Notes under the pieces: model-generated
Databases searched by the model: none
The model's input: the letters and a program-made list of their open reading frames with translations, nothing else
Told to the model about the DNA's origin: nothing
In this document: piece by piece, positions 12,895-25,911 of the stretch
Layout of the letters: each line of letters opens with the position of its first letter
How positions within the stretch are numbered: the first letter of the stretch is position 1
Position numbers and translations under genes: made by a program
Assembly: GCA_964234715.1 (NCBI GenBank)
Contig: OZ174276.1
Source of the DNA: Podarcis melisellensis
Lineage: Eukaryota
Length of the DNA stretch: 64,000 nt
Reading direction: 5' to 3' (one strand)

Positions 12895-15800
12895 AGTATG
12901 TGTCTAGTGGTCTCATTTTTCCCAAGTTAAACAGACAAAAATAATTTATAGATATTAAAATTTAATTGAGCTAAAAATAGGCTGATAACTTCTGTGACTA
13001 CTTCTGCCCTTTTCGGAATGTGTTCAGGATTACTTGAAATGTTTTCAAGCCACATTGCTTGATGGCTGGGCCAGCTCCAGGTTTGTGATGTGAGGCTCAC
13101 TCAGCCAGATGCCTTCCAGTGGGCCACTTCTCATACTTCTGATGCCTGGAGGAAGGCAGTAGTAGCTGCTTCTTGCTGCCATTGACAGAGCGAATGAGCA
13201 AGCAACAGTCGCTGCTGTTCTCAGCCACTATTGCCACTTGCTTATCTGTGTGGCGGGTGGAGGTTTGCCAGTCATCTTGGACAAAGGGGGCGGGCATCAG
13301 TTATGGTTTCTGCTGTTCTTCAGTGGCCAGTGTTGTGGGTCAGGTGATAATGATGGGCCCATGACAGCTGCTTAAGGATGCTGACCCATGGCACTGGCCA
13401 TGCTTGATGAAGATAGGTTTCCAACATGCATTCAGGTATTCAGCATGTATTTGGCAAAGAATATGAGTCCCTGACTGTAGAATGCTCTGTGGTAGTCAGA
13501 CTTTTCTTAGGGAACAAGTTACAAGAGGGTGTTGGAGTAGCTCCACTTACCTCTGCCACAAGTTGGCTTCCATGAATGTGGCTCTACATATCTTAAAAAA
13601 TGCAGTCACCTTCTCCGACAAACATTTTCACATTGGTGTGTGTGCACATGTGTGTGAAGAAATAAAAATGTGTGCTTGACACTTTTTAAGCTGATGGCAT
13701 GTAAATTTCCAGGTGATGCTGCACTGAAAAATGGGAGCTGCACTCCCACTTCAGCAGTTAGAATGGAACAGCTTGAAAGGAAAAGGTCATTATCCCTACA
13801 GTTGGAATGGTAGTGAAATTCTCCAAACTGTGATGAAGGACCATATTGGAACTTGTGCATGCACATGGGTGCACAATAAATCAATATACCTCCCTTTTGT
13901 ACTGATGGCAGGCACTCAAGGATTGCTTGTCTTTCATAAGCATAGTGGTGACTTAACCACCTCTCAAGCTCTAAACAAAAGTAACTCCTCAGGTATCGTG
14001 AATAGTTTTTACTTTGAGTGGAAATTGCATGCATCTGTTAACCAAGTAGGAGTCTTAGTTTCTTGCTTACTCTTACTCTTTCCTGCTCTAGAAAGAACTG
14101 GGTTTTTTAGGGTAAACTTGATTATAAGTCAGGAATATCCCTTTCACCTAATGTTGTTCACCTTCACCCAGCAGCTAGAATAAGCGAGGCAACTGGATTT
14201 TCATTGTTTTTCATCTCCAAGGCCGAGCAATTTCATTTATTACTTTTAACAGAAGACTAATTCAAGTAAGAACTGTTGCATGCATTTAACGTTTTATCAG
14301 CATGCAGATTGGATTCTGACCTGTGCCAGCTCGTTCTCATCGTTGGAGTCAAAGCTTTGCCTCTTCTGCAGACATACATGCACACACTCACATACATTCT
14401 AAAGACAGAACACTTGGCATAGAGCTACCAAGGGCAAACAAGCAAACAGTTACAATATTGTTCTTTACAGTGTAACACATTTATACGCCATTTCTGATTT
14501 ACCTTCTCCCCTTTGCTAGTGAATTATATCTACAGACATATGGTGGTGGCAGGTTTGTTTAGCACAGAGCTTTGGTTTTCATGCTTGTTATTGCAGACGT
14601 GTCACTAGTACATGACCCAGAAGTAATGGACTCTCTGTAATCTGTCTTGGATGAGCTTGAAAGGCAAAAGGACAGTAGCGCTGTTGATACTGCATTATGT
14701 AAAAAAGCGGGTTGCGAGGAGAATGAATGCATAGGAGACACATACTGCTTACTGTGCTCCATCCTATTCTGAAAACAAAACATGTGACTAGAGCTTTGGC
14801 TTAGTACATTAGTTGCATTGGCATTACACAGAATTCTACCATGAGACAACGAGATTAAGAAAATGATCACATTAAAAACCATGATTGTAATTCCCTTGAT
14901 CTCTAAACTTTAGAGAGACTAAGGAGGTATTTGGGAAACGGTGTAGTGTGAAATTGCAGTGTAATAAACTGGGTTTTGAGAGGATTTTGATAGACAAAGA
15001 TAATACCTCTTTTTTCAATACTGTAGTTTCATTATTCATTTTACAAAAATAATCAGGATTCAGATTGATGTGATGAGAGCAATATATTCAGCTGTGGCAC
15101 AATGTGTTTTGATAAAACAAGATTTTAAGTGTCGCTCGCAAGATGGGTAAATGGGCCTTCATATTTAGTGCATTGCTCCTTAGAGAGAAAATATAACAAA
15201 ACCATATCTGGTAGGTTCATGCAATTTTGTGCTGTTTTTGAAAATCATTTTAGGATTGCAGTCATTGACATATCTCTTAATTTGTCTCAGAGTGTTAGTT
15301 ATGCATATCGGATGTCTAAAACTATATGGTTTTCTAACAGCAGTTCCTTTGGTCTTTACATGATTGTCCCTTGCTAGGTTGTTTTTGCTTAAGATTATAT
15401 GGAGATTTTGGGGGTGCATTTCTTCAGCTGTCTGCAATAATATTCCATTTTTAGTTTACTTCTCTGACAACTTCCTTTTTTAAAAAACAACAACACCACA
15501 CACACAATTTGTACCCAACAGTATGTAAATGGTGTAAAGAAATACAGTATATGGGAGTTGTAGAACTGAATTTAGAGGCAAACCTGCCTTTCCAACATCT
15601 TGTATTCTAAAGCAGGAAAATATGAAAATGCAACACTTGTGACGTTACTGATTCTTTTGCCTAATAGCCATGTATCCAAGACTAGTGTAGCTGGTTTAAA
15701 AATATCTCTGTGTCCAAGAAGTATTCTTAATTTAATTCAGCGGTTTATTTTTATTTCCTTCCTGTCTCTTCACTTTTCTTTCTATGTAGACTCTGGTCCC

Positions 15801-17044
15801 ATTTATAGGAAGCCTTAAATCCAGGGCTGTGACTCCCCTTTTGAAAGAGGAGTGCACTGTGATGCATGCCAGCAAGCTTATTTAAGTACTAAGAGTATGA
15901 AGGTGGCTTAATGGTTTGGTTTTTGTTTGCTTAAATACGGTTGGTTTCCTAAGGAGGTTGGAACCCCATTGCCCTGAATGGCAGTCTGTGATGAAATAGA
16001 CTCATGTCCTTCAGCTGAGGACACTATGTATTAGATACTTCTCAATATTGTGCTAATTATCTCTGGATCAGAACCATGTTGTCAATTAAAAAAAAATGCA
16101 AGCATGGTCATTTTCATTATGAATATTTAAAATTCACCTGACACTTTTAATCCCCCTTTTTCTGGCAATTGAATCTAGCCAAAGATGGGAAAAGATTTTT
16201 TGATAATTTTTTTAAACAATTTGCTGGGTCTTAAACTCAAAAACAGTGAAATGGTCTTCTGTCAAGGGTCTTACCAGTGCCTCTCCTCTCCATGTCCTGG
16301 GAACGTCTAGAAACTGGAGATCGCCTTTTGAGCAATGCCTGAAATTGTGTACTAGGCAGCTGGAGGTGTGTAAAGACATTCTTCTCTAATGTGTTATGAG
16401 CAAAGTACTTGGATTTAAATGTCCTATTTGCCTCTTGGTAGTGGCTTCCAAAGATGGCTGGTACCATCAATTTGTATTTCTTGAATAAAAATCTTCTCTT
16501 TTCTGGTAAATCTTTTTTTGTACAGTGTTTGTTCTGTGCCATGTATCAAAAGAAGCATTCGTGTTACATAGGTGGTTGGCAATTGGGTACCAATACAGAG
16601 AAACACAGTTTTCAGTAGCTAAAAAGGGAAGTCTGATTAGGGGAATTCCTATGATGTGGCACCTCCCCACCCCTCCTCCGTGCAACTTTTATAAAACTAA
16701 ATCTTTTAGCTTTGTACATGCAGGATGTGTGAAACCTTTCTTAATCTCCTTCAGCCCAAAGGTGAAATGTCTGGAAATGCAGTTAACATTAAGTTAGCCT
16801 TTTCAAGGTGCACTATATATTTATACTGTACCTATGTTGTGCTGACATTGCAGTAGTATGTGCACACCTTTAAAATTCTATAGCAAAGCACAAATAGGTT
16901 CTTTTTTGACCAATTAAATGAAGTAAATCAGTGTAGCATCATGATTTCCTAAAAGTCAGGAATATGCTGTATAGTACTCTATGTATTAAACATAAAGGAA
17001 AAACAACAAGAAAACCTGGTTATTATTATTATTTGGCTTTTAAA

Positions 17045-17050
17045 AATAAA
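17045..17050 (+). terminator. Candidate distal UBTD2 polyadenylation signal
   Basis: AATAAA with upstream TGTA and AU-rich elements and a GU/U-rich downstream element (tgtgtcctttttctc...tgtctcttgtgtctc, about 17087-17150). Confidence 0.5.
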
Positions 17051-18277
17051 ATTGGTACTGGAGATGCCTTGCCTTAAAATACAAACTCTGTGTCCTTTTT
17101 CTCTTAACCCAACATAGCTGCAAAATGTCTCTTGTGTCTCTTCTGTCTTATTGGAGTCCTTAGGTCAGTGAACGGTCTGTATCATTACAGAAATCCTTTA
17201 GTATACCCAGCTAGCAAAATACAAGGCTTTCTACAGAGATCTTAGTAATGGCAGTCACTGGCAATCCAATCACAGGCCAGCAATTAACCCTTTATATCAT
17301 TCTGGGTTTAGTTTTTAATTTCTAAAACAGCTAGCCATGCATGTGAGCATAAACTAAATGAGGTTTAGCATAAATTTGATCCAAACCAGGCAATCTGATT
17401 TGAATCATCCTTGATAGGAAGTTCAAATGAGCTGTTGAATATATTAAAATTATAGCCATGGTAATACCTAGATAATTGCCTTAAATTCAGGACCCCTTAG
17501 GGAGGTGGGGAGAGAGAGAGAGTGCAAGCAAACAGACACTAACTGCCTTGGAGAAAAACCCAGAGGTTAAATCTTGACAACCAGAGATGGTGATTATTTT
17601 GCTGAAACCTCTTCATCTCTGGGAAGAGTAGAATTTAAGCAGGTATAGCATGACAACTGAGAGTACAGGATTGGAAGATCCTAGTTTACACCTTGCTGCA
17701 GCCATTCATTCACGAAGTAACCTTTGGCAGGACACCTTACATTGCAGTGACCCCTTCAGAATTTGGCGCTTCTCTATTTCCTTTTAATTTTTGTCGCACA
17801 GGTTATGCTTTCTTTCAAACTGCGAGTTATCTGAATGTGGGAGGGGAGGGGTTTCCACTTTGCTAACCTTAATACAAAGTAGTTGTTATTTCCATTGATC
17901 TAAATGAACATCTTGTAGGGTAAAACATTTCCTTGTCCCTCCCTGCATTCTCATGATCTGGGGGATGTCCTCTGAAATGATGTTCTTGTGGTGCCCAGAT
18001 ATCTGATGGTTTTGATCATCACTCTACCTAAAAGACCTCAAACTTGCCCAACCCTTGAGATCATCATCTGAAGCTCTTTCTGTCATTCTGCGTTCAAGGA
18101 AGGTCTAAAGGATGGCAACACGAGAAAAGGCCTTTTGTAGTAGCCACCCATTTTACCCAGGGAAGCCTGCCTGCAATTGCTTTGGCACCAGGCAAGGATA
18201 TTTTTGTTTTCCCAGGTATTTGGCAAGCACTGAGGGTCTGAACTGGCCGTGACTGAACAAGACCTTGAGGTTGTAGT

Positions 18278-18415
18278 GGATAGCTCAATGAAGATGTGGA
18301 CTTAATATGTGACTGCTGTGAAAAAGGAAAATCCTATGCTGGGGATCATTAGGAAAGGAATTGAAAATAAAATTGCTGATAATTACGATGCTGTTATACA
18401 ATCCATGGTCCAACC
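18278..18415 (+). mobile_element. CR1 ORF2 fragment
   Basis: gatagctcaatgaagatg...atgctggggatcattaggaaaggaattgaaaataaa. Confidence 0.6.
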
Positions 18416-19121
18416 TTTGTTCTGCATCGAGTGCTCTCCCTTGGGTCCCACTGCTGTCTGAGAAGGGTCTCAGCAAAAGCCTTCTTGGTTATATTCTGCT
18501 GCTGTTTTTAAACTCTCTTAAGAACTCTTGGGTTTAGAACTTTGTAGGTGACACTTTAAACTCTTGCATCATATCAATGTATTACAACAGAGTAATGGGC
18601 GGTATTCAACTAAATGTTTGTGCTAGTGCAGTGGGACTTGCCCACTCCCCATGCATATCCTGTACCTTCTCCAAATTTGTTCTAGAGGGTTGGGGAAACT
18701 CCACAGAACAGTTTGGGGGGAGGAGAGGAGAGGAGAGGAGGGTAATGTTCTATTGTGCCCAGATAAATCCCTGCACTGATAGAACATTCCTCCTAGTGCT
18801 GCATTGAAAAAAGCAGGGTGTGCATTTGTGGCAGGAGAGGGGGAGAGAGAGATGGCTACAGATTCTCACTTGGGGTTTTGTCAATGGAATTGTCCCATTA
18901 GCAGAAGGACGTCTGACTACACAATGGGTTTTCTTCTCTTCCGCTGCCGCCAACCCACCCCCACCCCCCGCCAATGCCATGTTTTGGAGAGTTCCCTCTA
19001 TCCTCCAGAGCAGGCTGTTGGGGTGGGGAGCAGAAAGAGGAGGGGGGGAAGTCAGTGTGGGTCTTCTTGCAGTAAGAATAAACAATCTAGCATGGATGGC
19101 TCTTTTTTTGAAAAACTAACC

Positions 19122-19173
19122 TTTATTTATTTAGAAAGTTATTGTGTTTATATAGCCCAACACACATTTTATT
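19122..19173 (-). terminator. EFCAB9 polyadenylation signals
   Basis: AATAAA on the minus strand (TTTATT at 19168, 19126 and 19122), 155-205 nt past the stop. Confidence 0.55.
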
Positions 19174-19327
19174 CTCACTGTTCTCTTCTGATCTTTGTAA
19201 ACAGCCTGCAAATTGTTTTTAATGAGTGTTTATCGTGTGTTCTGCTTCATGTGGTGTGGAGACGGGTTATTTTGTTTTTTAAATTTCTGGCTGCCGGGGA
19301 AACAACACTCTTTTCTTCCATATGTAA

Positions 19328-19483
19328 TTAAAGGTCACTGAAAGAAAATTCAGATAATGATTCTGCTTCTGCCGCTGCAGCTTCAGCCTTAGCTATCTGC
19401 TTCCTCAGTTTCTCCCTTGCCTTCCTCTGTTGTCGGTCAATGCAGAAGATAGTGAACATCCTGAACTCCTTGTAGTTCAGTTG
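19328..19483 (-). CDS. EFCAB9: EFCAB9 coding exon 4 (terminal)
   Basis: ttcctttccatcaccag|CAA; QLNYKEFRMFTIFCIDRQQRKAREKLRKQIAKAEAAAAEAESLSEFSFSDL*. Spliced CDS is 618 nt (205 aa) with no disruption. Confidence 0.93.
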   Translation of the reverse strand, partial: QLNYKEFRMFTIFCIDRQQRKAREKLRKQIAKAEAAAAEAESLSEFSFSDL

Positions 19484-20156
19484 CTGGTGATGGAAAGGAA
19501 TAGGTAATATTGCAGTTTAGTGAAATATCAATGGCTAGTTCATAAACAAGTATTCTATGGGAGGAACGTGGCGTTTTCCATCCTTCCCTTTAAGTCTTCT
19601 CTCTGCCCTTCTGAGGTGGTCTTGAAGGTAAACCTCAGATCTCTCTAGTCGAGAATTTTTTTGTAGGCATTATGGCCTGCATTATCAAATGGACAAATGG
19701 AATTTCTTACATGTGTTTCTGTAACGTCTGCTATAATTAACTCTGAATCTTCGATGGGTAAGCAAGTCTAAGGCTAGCATGCCTTTCATGTGTGTGGTAT
19801 GGTTCCTGCACACAGAGGAACCAGCAATTTCATGAGGAGCTGCCAAGTTGATAAAAGGGAGCTCAGGATTGTGCATGGTATTCTTGTGAACATAAACTAA
19901 TCCTACCATGGACTTCTGAATGGGGTTATAAAATGAGTGTGTGGGACTGAATGTGGCTGGCGACTGGATGTTTTTAATTAAAAAAAAATCCCAAGTTTGT
20001 CAGGTGGGCAGGACTGCCACCCACCTGTCAATCACATGACATCTCAGAGAACAATAGTGCGTGTTGTTGCAGTCTTAGATGAGGCTTCTTCAGCCTAATA
20101 AAAGTCAAAGACTTATTAAGATGGGGCAATATAGGGGGGCAGGGGAGGAACCCACA

Positions 20157-20283
20157 CATGGGCATAGCCAGGGTTTTTTTTGGGGGTAGAACTTTTGTTA
20201 GGGGGGAAGAACTGATGTGATTGGTCAGTTAAGTATTTTTATTGTTTCACTGCCCCTCCCTGCCCCGCTTGGCTATGCCCCTG
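20157..20283. mobile_element. hAT-type MITE in EFCAB9 intron 3
   Basis: TIRs catgggcatagcca / tggctatgcccctg and a perfect 8-bp TSD aacccaca (20149-20156, 20284-20291). Confidence 0.8.
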
Positions 20284-20321
20284 AACCCACATATCCCCAG
20301 GCATTTGTTCTCTCACTCTCA

Positions 20322-20627
<306 letters not shown>

Positions 20628-21156
20628 TTATTGGGGGGGGGGGGAAGACTTTTTAACATTCCTCATCTGCACATTCTAGTCTTTGTGTTTTGTTTTCTTT
20701 GAGGTTGCTATTAAGAGCAATGGGACCATTGTCTCAAATGGTGAAACTAGGATAAACCTCGCTGACAAGAACAGAATTTGTAGTCTCCAAAATGCCGTGG
20801 TTCCTGTAGGAACTGAAGCACTAGATTTGCCCAGATCAGTTTAATAAAAGATGAAATTGAGGTTGTCCAAGAACTTTGGAACTGGCAATGCATTGAGAAT
20901 CCTGCACAGTATGATGTCTCCTTTGGTGTGTGCCCCTCCCCCCACTTCCTCATGTGTTGGCTTCAGTGCAGAGATCCTAATTCTCCCTCAGATGCCAGCT
21001 TCAAAGTAGAGATCTGATTTAAATATTGGTTTACTAACCAGGATTTTAAACCACAATCTGATCCAGCTTAGTAAGCCACCATTAAATGAGAGTTCCCTTT
21101 TTTGAATGTAATGGAGACCTCTGTTTAACACAAACTAGCATCTTTGTGTTAAAGCT

Positions 21157-21183
21157 GGGCAGGGTGGGTGGGTGGGTGGGTGG
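21157..21183 (+). repeat. (GGGT)n tract, G-quadruplex-capable
   Basis: gggcagggtgggtgggtgggtgggtgg. Confidence 0.7.
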
Positions 21184-21258
21184 ATGCGAGGGAAGGAGAA
21201 GGGGAGCAGTGTGCAGGCCTGACAATTTCCAGTTTCCTCAACCATGATCATGCCTGAT

Positions 21259-21395
21259 CAGTGGTTGGCCAAACTTGGGCCTCCAGCTGTTTTGGGACTA
21301 CAACTCCCATCATCCCTAGCTAGCAAGATCAGTGGTCAGGGATGATGGGAACTGTAGTCCCAAAACAGCTGGAGACCCAAGTTTGGCTAACACTG
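21259..21395. mobile_element. Palindromic hAT-like MITE in EFCAB9 intron 2
   Basis: Near-perfect fold-back: ccaaacttgggcctccagctgttttgggactacaactcccatcatccct / agggatgatgggaactgtagtcccaaaacagctggagacccaagtttgg. Degraded relatives at about 11097-11235, 23890-23975, 30825-30990 and 31650-31750. Confidence 0.8.
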
Positions 21396-21839
21396 CATTA
21401 GGATGAACAAAGGCATGGGCTCACAATCTTTTGTGGCCCAGGCACACATATGGAAATCTAAAACCCTCATAGACACTTCAAAATACCCATTTCACAGAAG
21501 AATAAATAAAATGTGGTAACAAGCTACCCCTCCCCAAGACAAGCAAATGCACTTTAAAAAGGGGGGGAGCTGCAGGGGGCATTGACAAGCCCCATGGCAG
21601 GTGCCTGGGAGTGTAGTGACACCAATGGATACCACATTAGTGATGCCAGAACTAAGGTTTGTTTGTTTTTTCTTAGTGCTCTGTGGGCATGTATTCTCTC
21701 TGGCTCCATATTACATTTAATGCCCCCTATTCAGCTAAATAGAATTCAAAACATACTGTACTGAACATTACTACCTTTTCTGCTGCCAGAAGTATCTCCC
21801 CTACCCCAGCCCAGCCTGGAATTGCTAAGTTAACTTTAC

Positions 21840-21988
21840 CTCATGGGACATTATGATGCACACCAACATGTAGAATTCATCAAAGTTGACCTCCCCTTTG
21901 CCATCCCAGTCCAGTAGGTCAAACACCAGCATGATCTGAGCCTTGCTCAGGTCAGTTACATAGTGGAGAAAGTTGTAAAACTGCAGAT
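21840..21988 (-). CDS. EFCAB9: EFCAB9 coding exon 2
   Basis: ccccag|AT...GAG|gtaaag, 149 nt. (D)LQFYNFLHYVTDLSKAQIMLVFDLLDWDGKGEVNFDEFYMLVCIIMSHE; phase is consistent with exon 1. Confidence 0.95.
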
Positions 21989-23353
21989 CTGGGGGAAATC
22001 CACATAAAAATGTGTGTTTTAAATATGTCCTTAAATACATCTTTAATTACATATTCATCTCAGAATACAATGTGGTTTCCCCACAACAGAACGACCAGGA
22101 GACCTCTTTTTACTGCCTGGTAAATCAGAGCATGCTCTTAATAATCAACTTTATCTACAAGAAAGGAATAAGCACTTTCCCAGGAAATGTAAGTTTAGGC
22201 AATCGGACTACAGAAGAAGGTGATTGGTGCAGGTTGCCTCCATTACTTTAAGACTCAATGAGAGCACCTGCTTGCAATAGATATGGCAGAGGGGCAGGGT
22301 CAGTTTAGGCCATATCTCATGGCTCAAGAGCAAAGCCAAAATGCACACAGTCTTGAGGCATGTGCAAAGTTCCAGTTATACTGAGCATCTTGGTAACACA
22401 CTCCCCTAGCAATAAATGTTCTCACAACATGGAGATCAGCTTCCCCCTTTGAACTGATTGGCACAAAATGTTTGGCAAGCATTAGTTGGAAAGAGACGTA
22501 CAGTTTCATTTGCCTCGCGTAATCCTCAAAGTGTATGGGCAGTGCAATCTGAGGTCTGAAAGTGGTCGCAGAACTAGTACTGATGCTCATTAAAGAGCCA
22601 TCAATTGAAGATGATTTTACTTGAAAACACATACTCATCATATTGTGCTTATATTCAAAGCATAGGTTAGGAGAGGCGATATTCATAAAGCACCCACTCC
22701 TACGTTTGCCCCAGGAATGGATTATGAGCAGATGAATTCTGAGCTACAACATTGAGGAGCAGCTAGATGCAACGATGACACTTCAAATCACAGTATGCCA
22801 GCAGGAGGCTGAACCCTTCTGCAGCCATGCTTTGTCGCTCAAAATAGCTTTTTAATAAGCCATTTTTTCTTCCAGTGTGGGTTTCTTCCAGTTTTTAAAA
22901 AACTATAGGGTTTTTTAAAAAAGAAAACCTGTATATTTTCAGCAGGTGGAAAGCAAAGGAAAAAGTTCTGTTCTCCACAGCCACCCGCCCTACACTTAAA
23001 TCTCCAAACCACACCCTGTCGTTACAGGAATTTATTGTCAGACCCAATTCTGCATGTTGGGCCACTGCTGTTAAACCTAGTTTTGCCCTCTGAATTCCAG
23101 ATACTAGGGACAACGAAGGGAAAGTTTATGCCTCCACATTTTGTGTGTAAACTTACCAAGGGTATCTTGCCTGCCCAGCAGTGCTAATAGCGTACCCTCC
23201 CAGATATTTGCTCCAGTCTGGGGTGGTTCTTTTTATAATCTGGCTTGTGGCCAAACGCCTTAAGAATGAAAAACCACAGGCTTCGTTTCTGAAGACATAC
23301 TCCAGAGTTCATGCACTCTGCTCTGATCCCCACCTCCCTCTTCCGATCAATTA

Positions 23354-23635
<282 letters not shown>

Positions 23636-25058
23636 TCACCTGCGGAACGCTGGCAGGTATTCACGGCGACGCCTGCATCACAGTCAAAGAATTCCACCTT
23701 GGAACCAGAACAGGAGGATGAAAAGAGCAACCCTCTCCCCACTTCTACCGTGTTCAAAATGGGTGCTCTCTGCCATAAGGAACCCAGGGGCAATACATGA
23801 ACAAAACTGGAAATGATCAAGTATTAATACTTTTGGAACAGTCCACAGAAAACGGGGGGGAGTTGTCACATTGAAATCAGTTGGATTAAGGCTGGGAGTG
23901 GAAACTCTGGGTCTCCAGACTACAACTCCCATAATCGCTGACCATTGGTGGTGGTAGGATGATTTGGAGTCTGAACGTGCTCCTGCTCTGTGGATTGATT
24001 GATCTGTGCATTTTACCTTCCCTCAAATTGCAATCTTCAAGGTGAAGGTAGAAACAGAAAAGGGATAGGGGCAGAAAGTGCACTGCACAGGTTTGGGCTC
24101 CATAGCTTGTGTGCCCAGTAGGATGGTCAGTTGAAAAAAGCAGACAGGGCTCCTGCACCTTTAATAATTAGGCAGAAGGGCCAATTTCAGCATGTGTAAC
24201 TAGCAATCCAAGCAACACCTGCATCAATTCCTCCCTCCACACAGCTGTTAAAGGTGCAGGTGCCTCGTCTTATTTTTTTCACCTGGCCACCTTACTACCA
24301 GACATTAAACTATGAATTCTGAGTCTTTTCCACAATCCTGATGTAAACTTTGCATGGACTGCCCTTTAGTATTGTAGACTTGGAAGGGTCTTCTTGTCTA
24401 AGGAAATGTCATGAGAACATCTTACGTTTCTGGGTAACATCATCCTTCGCCCAGAGCCCTCTGTGTTGTGTTAGCCCACAATGGCCCAGATAGGTCAGAG
24501 GAATTGAGAGAGAGTTGCTCAAGGCCACCCAGGGAGGTTTGAAGCTTAACAGTGATTTGAAAGTGGCTTTCTCACATTATCAGCTGTCTGCTCTCATTGC
24601 AGGGGCTAGGTGGGGTTGCCCCCTGTTGGTATCAGTCATTGTTAATCTTTCTACACGGGGCATTGTGAAGCTGTAACTCAGGGCATCACAAATTACTTGT
24701 TTTTGCAATTTTTTTTTTAAATGTATATCTTGCTTTTCATACCCCAAAAAGGAAACACGAATTACAGCTAACAGCATACAAAAACCCACAACATCAATGT
24801 AAAACATAAAGAATAGTAACAACTTATAACCCACCAAGCCGAACAGTCTACCTGCCACTTACGGCAGGCTCTCAGGGCTTGGATCATTATTTGTGCTTTC
24901 TTCCTGGAGATGCAAAAACAGGGTTCAATATCTGACAGGCTACAGTGCTTAGAAATCTGTCTTATACAGGCAGACCTTTGGTCCATTTAGACCATACCAT
25001 CTACTCAATACCGGGAGTGAGGAACCTCAGTCCTGGGGGTCAAATGCTGCTATTTAGG

Positions 25059-25060
<2 letters not shown>

Positions 25061-25098
<38 letters not shown>
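25061..25098. repeat. (TC)19 microsatellite
   Basis: Direct reading. Confidence 0.95.
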
Positions 25099-25101
<3 letters not shown>

Positions 25102-25154
25102 GTCGGTACTCTCCCCAGGCCATGGCCCTCAGTGGCCTGGCTTCACACCTCATT

Positions 25155-25911
25155 TTCTCCCCCAAAATGTTTTATTCATTTTGTAACACTAACAAACAAC
25201 ACAAACAGAAAAACAAACAATAAAAATTCTTGTCTTATTCTTATTTTTTCTAAACATTGTTAGGTGATCTTCCCCAAGTCCCCCCTATCTGATTTTCATT
25301 TTACCTCATCTTTAGCAGTTTACATATATCATAATTTTTAACCATTTTTTTATCACACTTACTTTTACCATTAAAATCTTTACATATTATCCCTTACAAA
25401 TAATACTGTTTTAAAATACACTATCTTCTACTTCTAACCCTACAGCCTATATCCACTTCCAAAGCTATTCTAAGATTTAGGTAAATATTAACATATTTTT
25501 TCAAATATTCTTTAAACTTCTTCCAATCTTCTTCCACCGTCTCTTCTCTCTGGTCCCGGAGTCTCCCAGTCAGTTCGGCAAATTCCATATAGTCCATCAT
25601 TTTCATCTGCCATTCTTCGATAGTTGGTAAATCTTGTTTCTTCCAATTCTTCGCTAGTAATATTCTCGCAGCTGTTGTAGCATACAGAAAAAAAGTAACA
25701 TCCTTTTTGGGGATTTCACCCCCCACCATACCAAGTAAAAAGGCTTCTGGTTTCTTAATAAATGTGTTTTTCAACACTTTTTTCAGTTCATTATAAATCC
25801 TTTCCCATAAGTCTTTTACCTTGGGGCACGTCCACCACATGTGGTAAAAGGTTCCTTCTTTTTCCTTACATTTCCAGCATTTATTATCATGAGTATGATA
25901 CATTTTTGCTA
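25155..25911 (-). mobile_element. 5'-truncated L1-clade LINE (ORF2 C-terminus plus 3'UTR)
   Basis: ORF 25421-25921 has a CCHC knuckle (CWKC...TFYHMWWTC). Imperfect 16-bp TSD ggcttc(a/g)cacct(c/t)att at 25139-25154 and 25912-25927. It interrupts an older element (about 25010-26085). Confidence 0.85.
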
